From: Lama glama
Lineage: Eukaryota
Assembly (NCBI GenBank): GCA_028534125.1
Contig: CM052817.1
Span: 53,818,001-53,882,000 of the forward strand
Direction of reading: 5' to 3'
DNA: 64,000 nucleotides
The position numbers were made by a program, and so were the translations under genes. Position 1 is the first letter of the stretch, and every line of letters begins with the position of its first letter. The notes under the pieces are model-generated. The model saw only the letters and a program-made list of their open reading frames with translations. It was not told the origin of the DNA and searched no databases. Below, piece after piece: positions 12,955-25,754 of this stretch.

Positions 12955-15063
12955 CTGGAAACACAACAGAAAAGCTTTAAGTTGCAATTATACGTAACCA
13001 ACTGCAAAGTTTTATAAGGGCCTGGATTCATGAGGCATGATTTTAATAATGTATTAAATATCCTCCACACGTGCAATAAATAACTTACTTATTTGGGTTT
13101 TCTAGTCTACAGGTAGAGCATTTTATCTTTTCTGTGAGTTATAAATCAGTTTGTCAGTAGTGTTTGCACCTTTCTTAGCTGTGTACATTTTCAGTATATA
13201 AATAGTTGAAGCAAATCACCTTAATTCTGGTCAAAACTTCAAGGTAAACCTTTTTGTTTCTTTACCCCATTATCACTTTCTAAGGTCAATTTTTTGACAA
13301 CTCCAACTAGGGAATACGCTATTTTTAAAATTAAGCTATATACTTAGGGGAGTGGCATCTCAACTGAAATGCTTTTTGAAGCACTGAGGGATTTTTGTAA
13401 AGAATTACAATTCCTCTGTCTTATGAATCCTTTATCAAAATTTTCAAGGTTGAGTTCATATAAGGACCAAATTTTATAAAGATGCTCAGTTAATTCTGAT
13501 GAACAGCCACAGATGTTATATCACTTATTTAGTGGACAATTTAAAAGAATGGAGATATTCACTGGATTTATATTCATATTGAATGGCTTAAGGAGAGGCC
13601 CTTGAAGGGTGCTGCATGAATACAGCCTGTTATACAGAGACAGAAGATAAGCATCCAGAATTTCTATACCCTATAGCAGCATAAAACACACAGGAGAGCT
13701 ATGGAAAAGAAATATGCTCAGGAAAACTTCTGTCCTGAAACTGCATGTTTTGGTTCTGTTAAAATAGTACTGTGAGTTCCATACCTGCCATGTTCCTTGG
13801 TTTGTCCCCTGTCTCATTTCTGTCTTTGTCCTAAGATTCAAAACTCTATTCCTACCCTATGATAGTTTGGCTCCATCTAAAACCACTTCTTTGAGGCTTT
13901 AGAATTTATGGTGGCTCAACACATTGGTGCGCCAAGATGTTGTAGCAGAGGTGAGAAATTGGCTATGATTATCAATTCCTCTTTTCTTTCTAGGTTTCTT
14001 GAAAAGTCTTAAAGACCTAACTTCCATCAGTAGAAGAATAAATAAATAATGGTTGAATTATGGAATGATCTTCTAAAGAGTAGTAGAAAATCGGTGTTCT
14101 AGATTTACAGTCACAAACATGGATACTTCTTAAAAATCTATTTTTAGATTTTTTTAAAGAATGCAAGTGGCAAATATATCTATACAGTATGATCTACTTA
14201 TGAAAAATTGTAAAAAAACACAAATCAATGACATTGATTTTTAGGTACATAGGCATGAGTAGTAAAAATGTAATGTGTGCAAGGGAGATTTTTAGTTAAA
14301 AACAAAGAGACGTGTTTCTAATTGACATCTTTTCCAACTGTATAGATCACACATGTTGATTTTTGTTTTAGGATGGAAGTTATACTACATACAGTTGTCT
14401 TCCACACTGTTAGCTCACCTTAAAAATACATAAATAGCCAGGTTTTCTATTTTTGTTTTTATTCAAACTCTGTGCTTTTATGTTTTATACAAATTCCATA
14501 CAAAGATTATCCTGAATGTGAAAATTCTTCTCACAAGTGAGCCACCATGCTGTAACCTGATACTGCCAGATGTGACTTCACAGCTGTTATTTGATAAAGA
14601 GCTCTGCTAGGACACTGTCAGTGAATCAGTTTTGAAATATTCCTGCATAACTCTACATGTATTTCTCAGAAGGAGCTCAAATCATGAAAGAAAACTACAT
14701 GAAATTTTGTTTTAACTGCTTTGTTCTCCAGGGGATACTGCTAAAGTAGTGTTGGGTCTCTGATAGCTTAAAATTACTTTTACTAGTGGAGAGTGGAGAG
14801 GGTTAGTGCTACCCGGTTCCCTGAACAGAGGGCTATTTGCTCTCCTCTTTGACTCAAAGGAAAGATGCTGTAATTGAGTATCAAGCGCCAACATTCAGCA
14901 CAGCAGTTTTCCAGAATGGCAAAGTATAATACATTCTCAAATGTATGCTGAAGACCTAAAGCACTAAAAAAAAAAAAAAAGGAAAAAAAGAACAGAAAAA
15001 AGAAAAAGAAGAATAATCCAAAAAACTGCCTTTTTTGGTAGCTGCATTATTAGAAATTTAGTG

Positions 15064-15195
15064 AGGGAGGGTATAGCTCAGTGGTAGAGTGCCTGCTTAG
15101 CATGCATGAGATCCTGGGTTCAATCCCCAGTACGCCCATTAAAACAAACAAACAAACAAACAAACCTAATCACCTTCTCTACCCCTCCCCCAAAG
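15064..15195 (+). mobile_element. tRNA-derived SINE, camelid vic-1-like
   Basis: gggagggtatagctcagtggtagag (A box)...gggttcaatcccc (B box), (AAAC)n linker, ctaatcacc, C-rich tail. Confidence 0.85.
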
Positions 15196-15593
15196 AAATG
15201 TATCTACTTTACTCAGTACCTTTGTAGGCCTTTTAAAAACCCCATTCAGAGTTACTAACAGAAGAACACCAAATGTCAAAACATCAGTACAAAAGGTACA
15301 TACTGCTCAAACAACAAAACAAAAGGTCTAATGATTAATTAGTAATCACCTTTCAGGTATTATTGTCTAGCTCAGAAAACGTAAACACCAATCACCTTGT
15401 ATATGCTATACTGTAATCAAATACAACTTATCACTTGAATTTCATCAATAAGATGGAGAAAAAGAACAATGGACATTAATGCCAGTAAGAGTTGTGATGA
15501 TAGCCTTCTTTTTAATAGTCTGTTATAACCAAACTTTCAGGAGGCCAACCCACGATAAAAACCAAACCCCTGCGAGAGGACGGCCAACTGAAT

Positions 15594-15643
15594 AAAACTC
15601 CTAGGTAAAACAAAACAAAACAAAACAAAAAAACTCCTAGGTA
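15594..15643 (+). repeat. (AAAAC)n tract flanked by a perfect 14-bp direct repeat
   Basis: AAAACTCCTAGGTA-aaacaaaacaaaacaaaacaaa-AAAACTCCTAGGTA. Confidence 0.9.
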
Positions 15644-15949
15644 TAGCTGTAACAATGTGATAATGGATCAAGTATTCCTGTTTTCAAGGTGCCATGTCTG
15701 TGATCACTATGTAACTCAATTACCTATGATATAAACATGTGTAACATCATGTGACTTGAGAGCCACTCAATCTTAAATTTTATTAATATCATATCCCAGC
15801 TCTTAGTACTGGGCTTGACACATAAAAAATACTAAAGAAATAACTGTGTTTGAATGGTTATAATAATCTTGCTCCACTTAGATCAAATGCTTTAGAGCTG
15901 AACCTCTCATGTGGGTATTGCTTTAGTAACTATTTAATCTTTACTGGAT

Positions 15950-16892
15950 TTTATAAAATATCAATGTCAAATATTACATTTCAAAACTGAGCCCCTTATC
16001 TTATCCTGTTTCTCTTCCCAAACCCCAAAATCTACTCTTCCTTCTGTTTCTTCATTTCAGTAAACAGCAACTTCATTCTTTGAAGTGTTCTGGCCAGGAA
16101 CGTAAGAGTCATATTGAATTCTCTCTTTCATACACTACTGTTAATCCATCAAGAAATCTTGTAGGGCCTGTCCTCTATCTGAGAGCTATTTGTCACCTCA
16201 ATTGCACCAAATTAGTTAGAGCTACCTGATTTTCTTCAATAGCCTCCTAATCAATTTCCCTACTTTGACGCTCATTCTCCTTTCCTCTACATTCAACAAG
16301 ACTGAGAGATTCTTTCTAAGTATAAGCCAGAAAATAAGACTCACTGATGGAAGTATCCAATGTCTCCCATCTCAATGAAAGTAAAAACCAAAGTCTTTAC
16401 AAAGCTCTAACGTGCGCACTCCTGTGGAAGCACTTCCTATTCTCCCCCTCATTCAGTTCACTCTGCCCCAGTTGGCCTCCTCTGGTCTTTGAATATGTCA
16501 AGCACATTCCAGCCTCAGAGGCTTTGCTTTTGATGTTCCCTCAGTCCAGAATGCTCTTCCAAAAGATAGCTGCGTGGCTTACTTTCTACCCAACTTCAGT
16601 ACTTCATTCAAATGTCACCCTCTTACAGAGTTTTTCTGAATCACTCTATCTAAAATTGCGAATGTCATTTACTCTTTCTGACTCTCTATTACTATTCCTG
16701 AATTATTTTTCTCTTTAACATTTATCCAGACTATATATTTTATTAACACTTTTTGTTTATTGTCTGTCACCCCTGTCAGAAAGTACATTCCAAGAGAATA
16801 AGTTGTTTCATCTCTTCTGATCACCAATGTACCCCTGGGTCCTAGAAAGCTGTCTATCATAGAGTGGATGTACAATTAAGGTGTCAACTGAA
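15950..16892 (+). mobile_element. L2 3' fragment
   Basis: aatccatcaagaaatcttg...caatagcctcctaa...ccagcctcagaggctttgc...ccagaatgctcttcc...aaatgtcacc. Confidence 0.75.
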
Positions 16893-17778
16893 TCTCTCTT
16901 TAATTACTGTGAATTATAAAATGGATTTAGATTATAAACAAAAAATTGTATCATGCTGCCCACCTCAATCTTTGGGACTCTTTGGTTCATAAATCACCTG
17001 CTCTAAAGTCTTGAGTAAAAGATAAAGAAAATTAGAGGTGGAGACTGCGAAGGTTGCTATACCATAATGTCTTAAATATGTTGAAACAGCAGATGTCAAA
17101 CAATTACGACAATGGAGGTAAAACTATGCAGAGGAGTAAGAGGACTGTAGAGTAAGTCTCAGAGTCTAAAGATGTGGCTTTAACCTTGTCACTCCAAATT
17201 TGTAATTGTCACCTTGAACAAACCACTTACCCTTCTGAGTATCAGAAACTTCATATACATAGAGATAAAATAACTGAGGCTTCAGATTATTGTGATGAAT
17301 AATTAAGACAATATATGTGAAACTATGGAAGTCAATGTTTCTTTGTTATTGGCTACTTTAACCTAAAAACATTTATGGATTTTTTTCATGTTTAAGAACA
17401 GACTTCATTTAAATAATCAAAAGTCTGTATGAATGTTACAGGGTTGATTAGAAAAATAATAACTGCAGCAAAAATAAATAAAAATGTTATTTTAACCAGG
17501 GACACCAAACATTATTCCAAGCAACTAATGAATTACCTAATTTTGCTTTATAACATAGTCAGCTTAGTTTACACTATTAATAATATTTGTGTTATTGATA
17601 AATTAAGGCCACAATATGCCCACAGCATCTGAAGGGGGCAGATTTCAACTTTAGAATCTGAATTCTACCTTCATTATTGTATAATTGTGATTATGACATT
17701 TAAATAATAAAACACAGAGGGACTCAATTTCACCTATATATTCTTCCTTAAGTTGTAACAAAAAGACAAATCAGGTAG

Positions 17779-17818
17779 GAAAGAAAGATATATAAATATA
17801 TTTATATATATTTCTTTC
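17779..17818. repeat. 40-bp AT-rich near-perfect palindrome
   Basis: gaaagaaagatatataaata|tatttatatatatttctttc; 19 of 20 pairs, no spacer. Confidence 0.85.
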
Positions 17819-19809
17819 TTCATATATACTTATATATAAATATATATTTACTAAATTATACAGATTTATATTCATACATTTATATATTTATTATATTTAT
17901 ATATATATTAATTTTCCCATTGTGTGTACTCCACATAAACTATTTGTTATCAAGAATGCTTGAAAAACTCACCAAAAGTAAAAAATAAACAAAAGTATCA
18001 AAAACTTCAAGGAAATTAATTTCTTAAGAGAAAATGGGGAGCTGTGAGAGAAAAATCTGGAAGCAGAATGACAGAATGATTCCTCAGAATATACTTTCAA
18101 GAAATTCACTGATTCTGTCCACTCTAGAAAGAAATTTTTATGAAATCAATAATTGTTTTTGAGCTTTCTATAAAAATTATATTCATACATGAAATGCCAG
18201 CTATTAGAAAGTTCCTAATTTTTCCTTTTATTTTTACCTCAATAAATCTGTTTTGTCCTATCAATGTGGGGGTCACCGAGTAATTTAAATACCACAAAAG
18301 GGAAGCGTACTACACTGAAGGAAAAAAGATGGCTTAAGCAACGATGTTTTGTGAAAGTCATTCTGTCAATATTTAAAACTCTCAAATATACCAGTAGGTA
18401 CATTTAATGAAACTAGGTCCAAATTCATGGAATAGGGAAATGTGACTTTTGCCCTATGACTTAAAAACAGCTCAATAAGACCTTTATGGAAATCTTGATA
18501 TTTCTAACTTTATTGTTCAAAAACCAAGTCAGCAAACAAGATGGAGAAACAGATTTTGAAATTTCTTTCATTTTAATTGCATAAGTGCTTCCAGATGGGA
18601 CACAAGCTTTACAAACTAATTTTGAACCTCTCTGATGTTTTTTCTCTTTTTTATATTTTCAGACTGTTGCATTTTCCAGACACTGCTTGAACAATCATCC
18701 TGTAATAATTATTAACTGTAGATCAGTAGTTTTCAAGAACCTGTTTTACTTTCTGTATAAAAATGTACTATTTTAATGTTCAATCAGATTAGTTAAAGGC
18801 ATAATGAATGATACGATTTTTAAATTGCCTCTTAAACATATCTTGTTCTGAAATACCTGTAACATAGTTAAAATGAGTTTTTTTTTTCTTTTTTTGCAAA
18901 TGTAGGAGCACTTGCTTTGGTACTAATGTATCGCATCAGCATAAGGCATTGCTTTGACTCATGGATTTCACTGAAGCCAGTAGGGTAATGAAAGGCCTAT
19001 TTTCTGATAAATGTGGTAAGAACTCTGTGAAATAAGTTCCTCACATTGCTCTAACAGATCATCAAACACAAAGGTCACCCACAAATGCTTGGAAAAATAA
19101 AGGGCTTAATGGTCTGAGGAAATCAGGATTTCCTTTGCAGAATAGAGTGAAGGTCAAAGTTGAGTAACACAGTAAGAACAATATAACTGCATTTCTTACA
19201 ATTTTTATAGTAAATCAGCCCCCCCCAAAAAAAAACCCCTCAGCAATAATTTTCAAATTTGTATCAAACTGAAAAAAACCCAAATATTTTCAGGCTTTAA
19301 TGGCTAAGACACTGGCAAGTAACAGCACACAAAAATAATCATAGCCAACTGTCCTTTGGATTCAATAGAACTTGTTCAGAAAATCTCTTTGGTTTCAGAA
19401 GCACAGCATATATACTCTAAATTATTTGAAATGTTCTTGCTTTGACTTAAGAAAAATAAATCTCATCATATTTGGTGAACCAGATCCATAACTACTTTAA
19501 TGAAGTAAACAAAATGAAATTGTAGGAAATGCGGCAATTAAGTCTCTTATAAGTAGTTGAGAGTTAAATGCAGATGTAAGTTTTAAAAAAGTAGATTAAA
19601 GTTGATAAACAAAAAGGAATTATTGACCAATTAGAAGTTTTTTAAGTAAATGAAATAATCATGCAGTATAAGAAAAAAGACTTTAGGAGTGTCTGGAGTG
19701 AGGGTAGGAAATGGGAAATGAAGCTAGGCAGACAGAAAATTTCGTCCTTAGTGTTTCTGAGTTAAGTATAGTGATGAAGATGGTGACAATGATGATGATG
19801 ATGATAGGT

Positions 19810-20000
19810 AAGACATAACTTTTAAAATGTCAGATTCTATTAGAAGTGCTTATTTAGTTTATTAGGGTAGTCACTTAGTCCTACAAAACACTAAGATATG
19901 GTACTATTATTATCTCCAATTTACAAATGAAGAAACTGAAGCACAGAAAATAAGTAATTTATGTCAAATCGTTCAACTAGTATGCAGTAGATATGACAGG
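19810..20000 (-). mobile_element. MIR SINE
   Basis: tactattattatctccaatttacaaatgaagaaactgaagcacagaaaataagtaattt (MIR core). Confidence 0.7.
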
Positions 20001-20007
20001 ATTAGTG

Positions 20008-20090
20008 GTAGGGTGACCAACTGTCTAGGTTTGCTCAGGAGTGTCCTAATTTTAGCACTAAATTTTTGCATCCTGGAAAAGTCCTCTCCA
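20008..20090 (+). mobile_element. hAT-Blackjack MITE (MER81-like)
   Basis: tagggtgaccaactgtctaggtttgctcaggagtgtcctaattttagcact, inserted at the end of a MIR. Confidence 0.65.
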
Positions 20091-23000
20091 AGACACGAAA
20101 AATTCCAGAGACCAGAGATAGGTTCAGAATTCCAAAATCCATATGACAAGCTAGAAATAGAGGCTGGAAGCAACACTGTTTTTAGCATCAAATGTCTGTT
20201 GTACTGATTATCTACCTTCCTTAGTCACTGCTGTTCTTTCCCCTGACTACTGTTTTGGCAACCATGATTTGCAGTTCCCAGTGAAGGATCATCCATTATT
20301 GCATCACTCTGAGTGATGAAACTTAAGTATGCAACTTCAGTGCCTTGTGATCCTGAGTTCCTCTTTGACTTTGGATTAACTGTTATACTTTGTATCAAAA
20401 TTGTGCTAATTTAATTTTTAATACTGCGAATATTGTGACAACTTTTTTAAAGTGTTCACTGATGAAACTGAGAACAAATGTAATACAGTAACATGACAAT
20501 ACTGAAAGAGAAGGCTAAACAACTGTGTCATTTTAAAGTTACATGAAAGGACACATGAAATTAGATTAGAGAGCCAAAAGAGAACACATTGGACAAAATG
20601 AAGAAATGAATTTGGGACAAGCATAAGAGAAAAGATTGTGTGAATGTGCATATGGAGGATGAATCTCACAAATCTAGGATGACATGCAAGTTTTTGTAAG
20701 ATAAAAAGATTTCTTTTTTTGGTTAATTTCCCCCCAAAAGGCACCAATATTCAGTTGAAATTAATGGTCATGGAACAAGTTTGAATATTCCACAAGAATT
20801 AACATGCCTTATAGTTTTAATCCCTTGATTTATCTATGCACCTGAGTACAGTTAATTTTCTTGATTCAGAAGATGCAACTCAAATGTCCTGTGTGTAAAC
20901 AAAAGGGGAAATTTTGATAACCAATGTTTATTCTTTATAGAGTAGACTCTTTATAGTATAGAACTGATTCTCTCAGATCTTACTTTCAGATCATGCTTTC
21001 CACAGTGTATCAAGTGATGTGTTGAATAATACCAAAGAAATAATGTTTCCCCAACTCTTATGTATTCTGATTGGAAAAATGAAGCTTCAAATCATCTTCT
21101 CGATTTCCATAAAGATTTTTACGAAACTTCAGAAAAGACAAAAGACTGTTCTGACACCTTGTCCAGATATAAAGTAGACTTTGCTCATCTATCTGCGTAT
21201 TTGACAGTGCAAATGTAACTTACGGAAAGTTACATTCAGCTTATAAACTTACAAAAGAAAATGAGCAGTTCTTACCTACGAAATGTCCTGTATACCTTGT
21301 AGACAGGGCTGCTAAAAACGGATGTGATTTGCTTACCTATGATAATGAAGTTTCATAATGAAATTATGAGGTCCTTTTCAGTTTCCTCAAAAATGCGTAG
21401 AAATACTTACTGAGCCTTTTAACTTTCTAGAAATGGAAAGAGACAGTCTCCCAAGATATGTGCCTTGAAGATGGCTATCACTGGAGCTGGCCATAGGCAA
21501 GATATTCAAATACTGACCTTCTGTAAAATCATTATTTCCAAAGTGTGAGACAAAAAAAAGTCTTCCTCTAATTTTGAAATTATGACAGATGAGAATGGAG
21601 AAAAAGATCACAGTAAAACACATTTATATATTTCTCCAAATCTGTCTGATGAACTCTGAAGAGGCTACAGGGGCATAATCACTTACTACATACCAAGTCT
21701 ATTTTTTGATCTGGTTCTGCTGTTTCCCAGTTGGCTCTCTAAGAAATTGATCACCCTAACCTAGCAAATACTCTGTGCTCTTGATATCACTAACAGTGGA
21801 GAGGACCACAGATCCTCTCCTAAATTTTCCTTGTTGACCCACTTACACTAAGCTCCTAAGAAATAAACAGAGCTAGGCTTTCATGGGTGAGAATTTCTTG
21901 ACTATCCTTTGAATACAACGATTAAACTCAGTGGTTTTGTTAAAATATAATTTACTAAGGATCATTCAGCAAACTTTCTGAGTCTCAGACAAAATAGGTA
22001 ATTTCTCCTAATACTGTTTTCATTAACACACACAATTTCTGAAAGCACTTCTAAAGGAGTTAGTTGATGTGGGGAACGGGGTAGAGGAGCTGAAGTATGA
22101 TGAAAGGGAACCACAGAAATGTCAGAATTGAATTACCTAGATATGTTTATTGTTGTCATTTATATATTATTCTTCTCCTACAGCCATTTCCTTTGACATG
22201 TAAGAAAAGATAAATTTACCACAATGAGAAAGAAAAGTTAAAATAGAGACAAATTGAACTAGGCTTAACAAAGAAAGTAAGTTTGCATGACTAGATTATA
22301 AAAATCAAGTAAACAGAAACTACACCAAGCCAAAAACACCTAATAAAATTTGGCACATCCTAACAGTATTTGCTGGCTGCCTACTATGTGTCACGTACTG
22401 AATAAGACAGAATGGAAATACAAATATGTAACCTCATGTACACAAGCATGTACATCCCATATTTACTCCATTATTCCATTATCATTTGGTTTTCTTAGAT
22501 AGAACAATTTCAGGAAACAGAAAAAGAGGATGGTTATTAGGATTTCTTTTTTCCATTCTCGTGAGTAAATTTATTGCATTTAAACAGAGGGGGGGTTTTT
22601 CTACATAGTAACCTTGTAGACAATTATCTCACAGCCTCGACTCAATAACTTGAGCTAACATTGATGTTTTACAAAATTAATATCTTAAAAGTTCCATGAT
22701 CGGATTTTTAAATCAGCAAGTAACCAACCATAGAACTTCAAACTGTAATGCTCACACTGTAAGGATATACAAAGTAAACGGGCAATCCCTTGAATTCTCT
22801 ATAACAAGGTAGGAAAAGTGGTTCAGTTCAGCCATATTTTTGCTCACATGCTTTTAAAATCTTATATACAAGTTTGACCTTATTGCCTAGCTTAGAAAGC
22901 CATATAAATAACGGCTTGGAAAATCCTAGCCTAATTCCTTCAGAGCCCAGTAGTTCTCTAGCTCTATTACTTTATTTACTGGACACAGTGGAATGAAATA

Positions 23001-23112
23001 GACCAGGAAACAAGAAAAACAACCACAGAATAGTCTGAATGTTTAAAAAAAAAAAAGGATAACATTTTGTGATCCAAAACAAATAGAGTACAGTTATTAA
23101 ACACATCAACTA

Positions 23113-23442
23113 GGAGGAAGAGGCAAGATGGCGGAGTAGAAGGACGCTTGTAAGTCACCCTCTCCCACAAATACACCAAGATCCACATCTACAGACTCAC
23201 TCAGCCAACCAGAGCACCTGCAGAACTCCGAAAGAACATCGCCCTCTTCAAAAGATAAAGACGCCAAAAATCTGGTAGGAGAAAAGGAAAAAAGAAAGAA
23301 CAAAAGGCAAAGCAGCGCGGGACGGGGCCCGCGGGGAGGGAGCGGCAAAGGAGGACTGGCGCTTGCTCGCTGGGTCTCCCCTCTCCAACTGAGAGGCCAG
23401 TGGGACGGACGGGGAGCCTCCAAGGCTCGGATCTGTACAGAG
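23113..23442 (+). mobile_element. 5' UTR of a young, probably full-length LINE-1 (cut off by the gap)
   Basis: Begins ggaggaagaggcaagatggcggag with a YY1-type AAGATGGCGG at 23125-23134; abrupt GC/CpG enrichment relative to the flank. Confidence 0.85.
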
Positions 23443-23942
23443 NNNNNNNNNNNNNNNNNNNNNNNNNNNNNNNNNNNNNNNNNNNNNNNNNNNNNNNNNN
23501 NNNNNNNNNNNNNNNNNNNNNNNNNNNNNNNNNNNNNNNNNNNNNNNNNNNNNNNNNNNNNNNNNNNNNNNNNNNNNNNNNNNNNNNNNNNNNNNNNNNN
23601 NNNNNNNNNNNNNNNNNNNNNNNNNNNNNNNNNNNNNNNNNNNNNNNNNNNNNNNNNNNNNNNNNNNNNNNNNNNNNNNNNNNNNNNNNNNNNNNNNNNN
23701 NNNNNNNNNNNNNNNNNNNNNNNNNNNNNNNNNNNNNNNNNNNNNNNNNNNNNNNNNNNNNNNNNNNNNNNNNNNNNNNNNNNNNNNNNNNNNNNNNNNN
23801 NNNNNNNNNNNNNNNNNNNNNNNNNNNNNNNNNNNNNNNNNNNNNNNNNNNNNNNNNNNNNNNNNNNNNNNNNNNNNNNNNNNNNNNNNNNNNNNNNNNN
23901 NNNNNNNNNNNNNNNNNNNNNNNNNNNNNNNNNNNNNNNNNN
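23443..23942. other. Assembly gap (500 N, probably a fixed-size placeholder)
   Basis: Run of exactly 500 n flanked by L1 sequence on both sides. Confidence 0.98.
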
Positions 23943-25490
23943 AGCTTTTATTATGTTGAGATATGTTCCTTCTATACCCACTTTGGTGAGAGTTTTTTAT
24001 CATAAATGGGTGTTGAATTTTATCAAATGCTTTTTCTGCATCTATTGAGATGATGATGTAGTTTTCGTCCTTTCTCTTGTTGATATGATGTATTACATAC
24101 ATTGATTTGCCTATGTTGAACCACCCTTATGTCCCTGGGATGAACCCCACTTGGTCATGATGTATTATCTTTTTTATGCGTTGTTGGATTCTATTTGCTA
24201 ATATTTTGGTGAGGATTTTGGCGTCTATGTTCATCAGTGATATTGGCCTATAATTCTCTTTTTTTGTAGTGTCTTTGCCTGATTTTGGTATCAGGGTGAT
24301 GGTGGCTTCATAGAATGAGTGTGGGAGTATTCCCTCCTTTCAATCTTCTGGAAGAGTCTGAGAAGGACTGGTATGAGTTCTTCTTTGTATGTTTGGTAGA
24401 GTTCCCCAGTGAAGCCATCTGGTCCTGAACTTTTGTTTGTAGAGAGGTTTTTTTTTTTTATTGCTATTTCGATTTCATTTCTAGTGACCTGTTTGTTCAA
24501 GTGGTCAGTTTCTTCTAGATTCAGTCTTAGTGGCCTGTATGTTTCCAGAAACTTGTCCATCTCCTCTAGGTTATCCAGTTTGGCTCCATATAGTTTTTCA
24601 TAATATTCTCGTATGATATTCTGTATTTCTATTTTGTTTGTTGTAATTTCTCCATTTTCCTTTCTTATTTTGCTAATTTGTGCTCTCTCTTTTTTCTTCT
24701 TTGTGAGTTTGGCCAGAGGTTTGTCGATTTTATTTACTTTTTCAAAAAAGCAGCTTTTGGGTTGATTGATTTTTTCTATGGTTTTTTAAATCTCTATTTT
24801 ATTTATTTCCTCCCTGATCTTTATAGTTTCCTTCCTTCCGCTGCCTTTTGGGGTTTTTTGTTCGTCTTTTTCTAGTTCTTTTAGTTGGTGGGTTAAATTG
24901 TTTATTTGAGATTGTTCTTTTTTGAGGAAGGCCTGTATCGCTATAAACTTCCCTCTTAGCACTACCTTTGCTGTGTCCCATAAATTTTGTGTGGCTGTGC
25001 TTTCATATTCATTTGTCTCAAGGTATTTTTAAATTTCAGCTTTGATTTCCTCATTGACCCATTGGTTTTTTAATAGCATATTGTTTAATCTCCATGTTTT
25101 CCTTTTTTTCTCCTTTGTTTCTCTGTTGTTGATTTCTAGTTTCATGGCATTGTGGTCAGTAAAGATGCTTGAAATAATTTCTATCTTCTTAAAATTGTTG
25201 AGGTTTCTTTTGTGCCCAATTACAAGATCAATCCTAGAAAATGTTCCATGTGCACTTGAAAAGAATGTATATCCTATTTTTGGGGGGTGTAATGCTCTGA
25301 AAATATCCACCAAATCTAATTCTTTTTAGTTTCTCTGTTGCCTTATTTATTTTCTGTCTGAAAGATCGGCCTAGTGATGTTAATGCGGTGTTAAAATCTC
25401 CAACTATGATTGTATTCCCATCAATATCCCCCTTTATCTCTGTTAGTAATTGTTTTATGTATTTAGGTGCTCCTATATTGGGTGCATATG
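23943..25490 (-). mobile_element. 5'-truncated LINE-1 ORF2 (endonuclease to start of RT), frameshifted
   Basis: ORF-track fragments [61 protein letters not shown] and [19 protein letters not shown], spread over several frames. Confidence 0.96.
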
Positions 25491-25754
25491 TTATAATTTT
25501 ATATAATGGTAAGTAAATAGATGCTATGAGGTAGCATTGGCATAAGATGGCTAATGGGAAAAGAGTGACTGGGAAAGAGAATCTACCTCTGGGGAGATAG
25601 GGAAAATCTTGCCTAAAGTTGAAAGATTTACACTGAGCAGTGAATGACAGAGAAGCTTCTATAAAAGAAATGTAAAAATTGCACTCCAGAAGAAAAAATA
25701 TAAAATATCTATGGAGGAACACTTGTGTATTCGAGGAAGAGAATTAAGACTAAA

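Noticed and set aside
14010..14035. cctaacttccatcagta resembles the end of the missing GPS exon (reverse strand)
   Set aside because: Similarity is only about 10 nt, with no NFAVLM/CSCNHL codons and no splice donor.
15064..15140. tRNA-Ala-like gene
   Set aside because: It is the head of a SINE: degenerate stems, an A-rich linker and tail, and two more diverged copies in the window.
23106..24102. Long ORFs of 201-291 aa
   Set aside because: Artefacts of reading through the N gap; only the short L1 RT portions are real.
23113..25490. Single L1 with a twin-priming 5' inversion
   Set aside because: The arms converge on the gap rather than diverge, and the flanks share no TSD.
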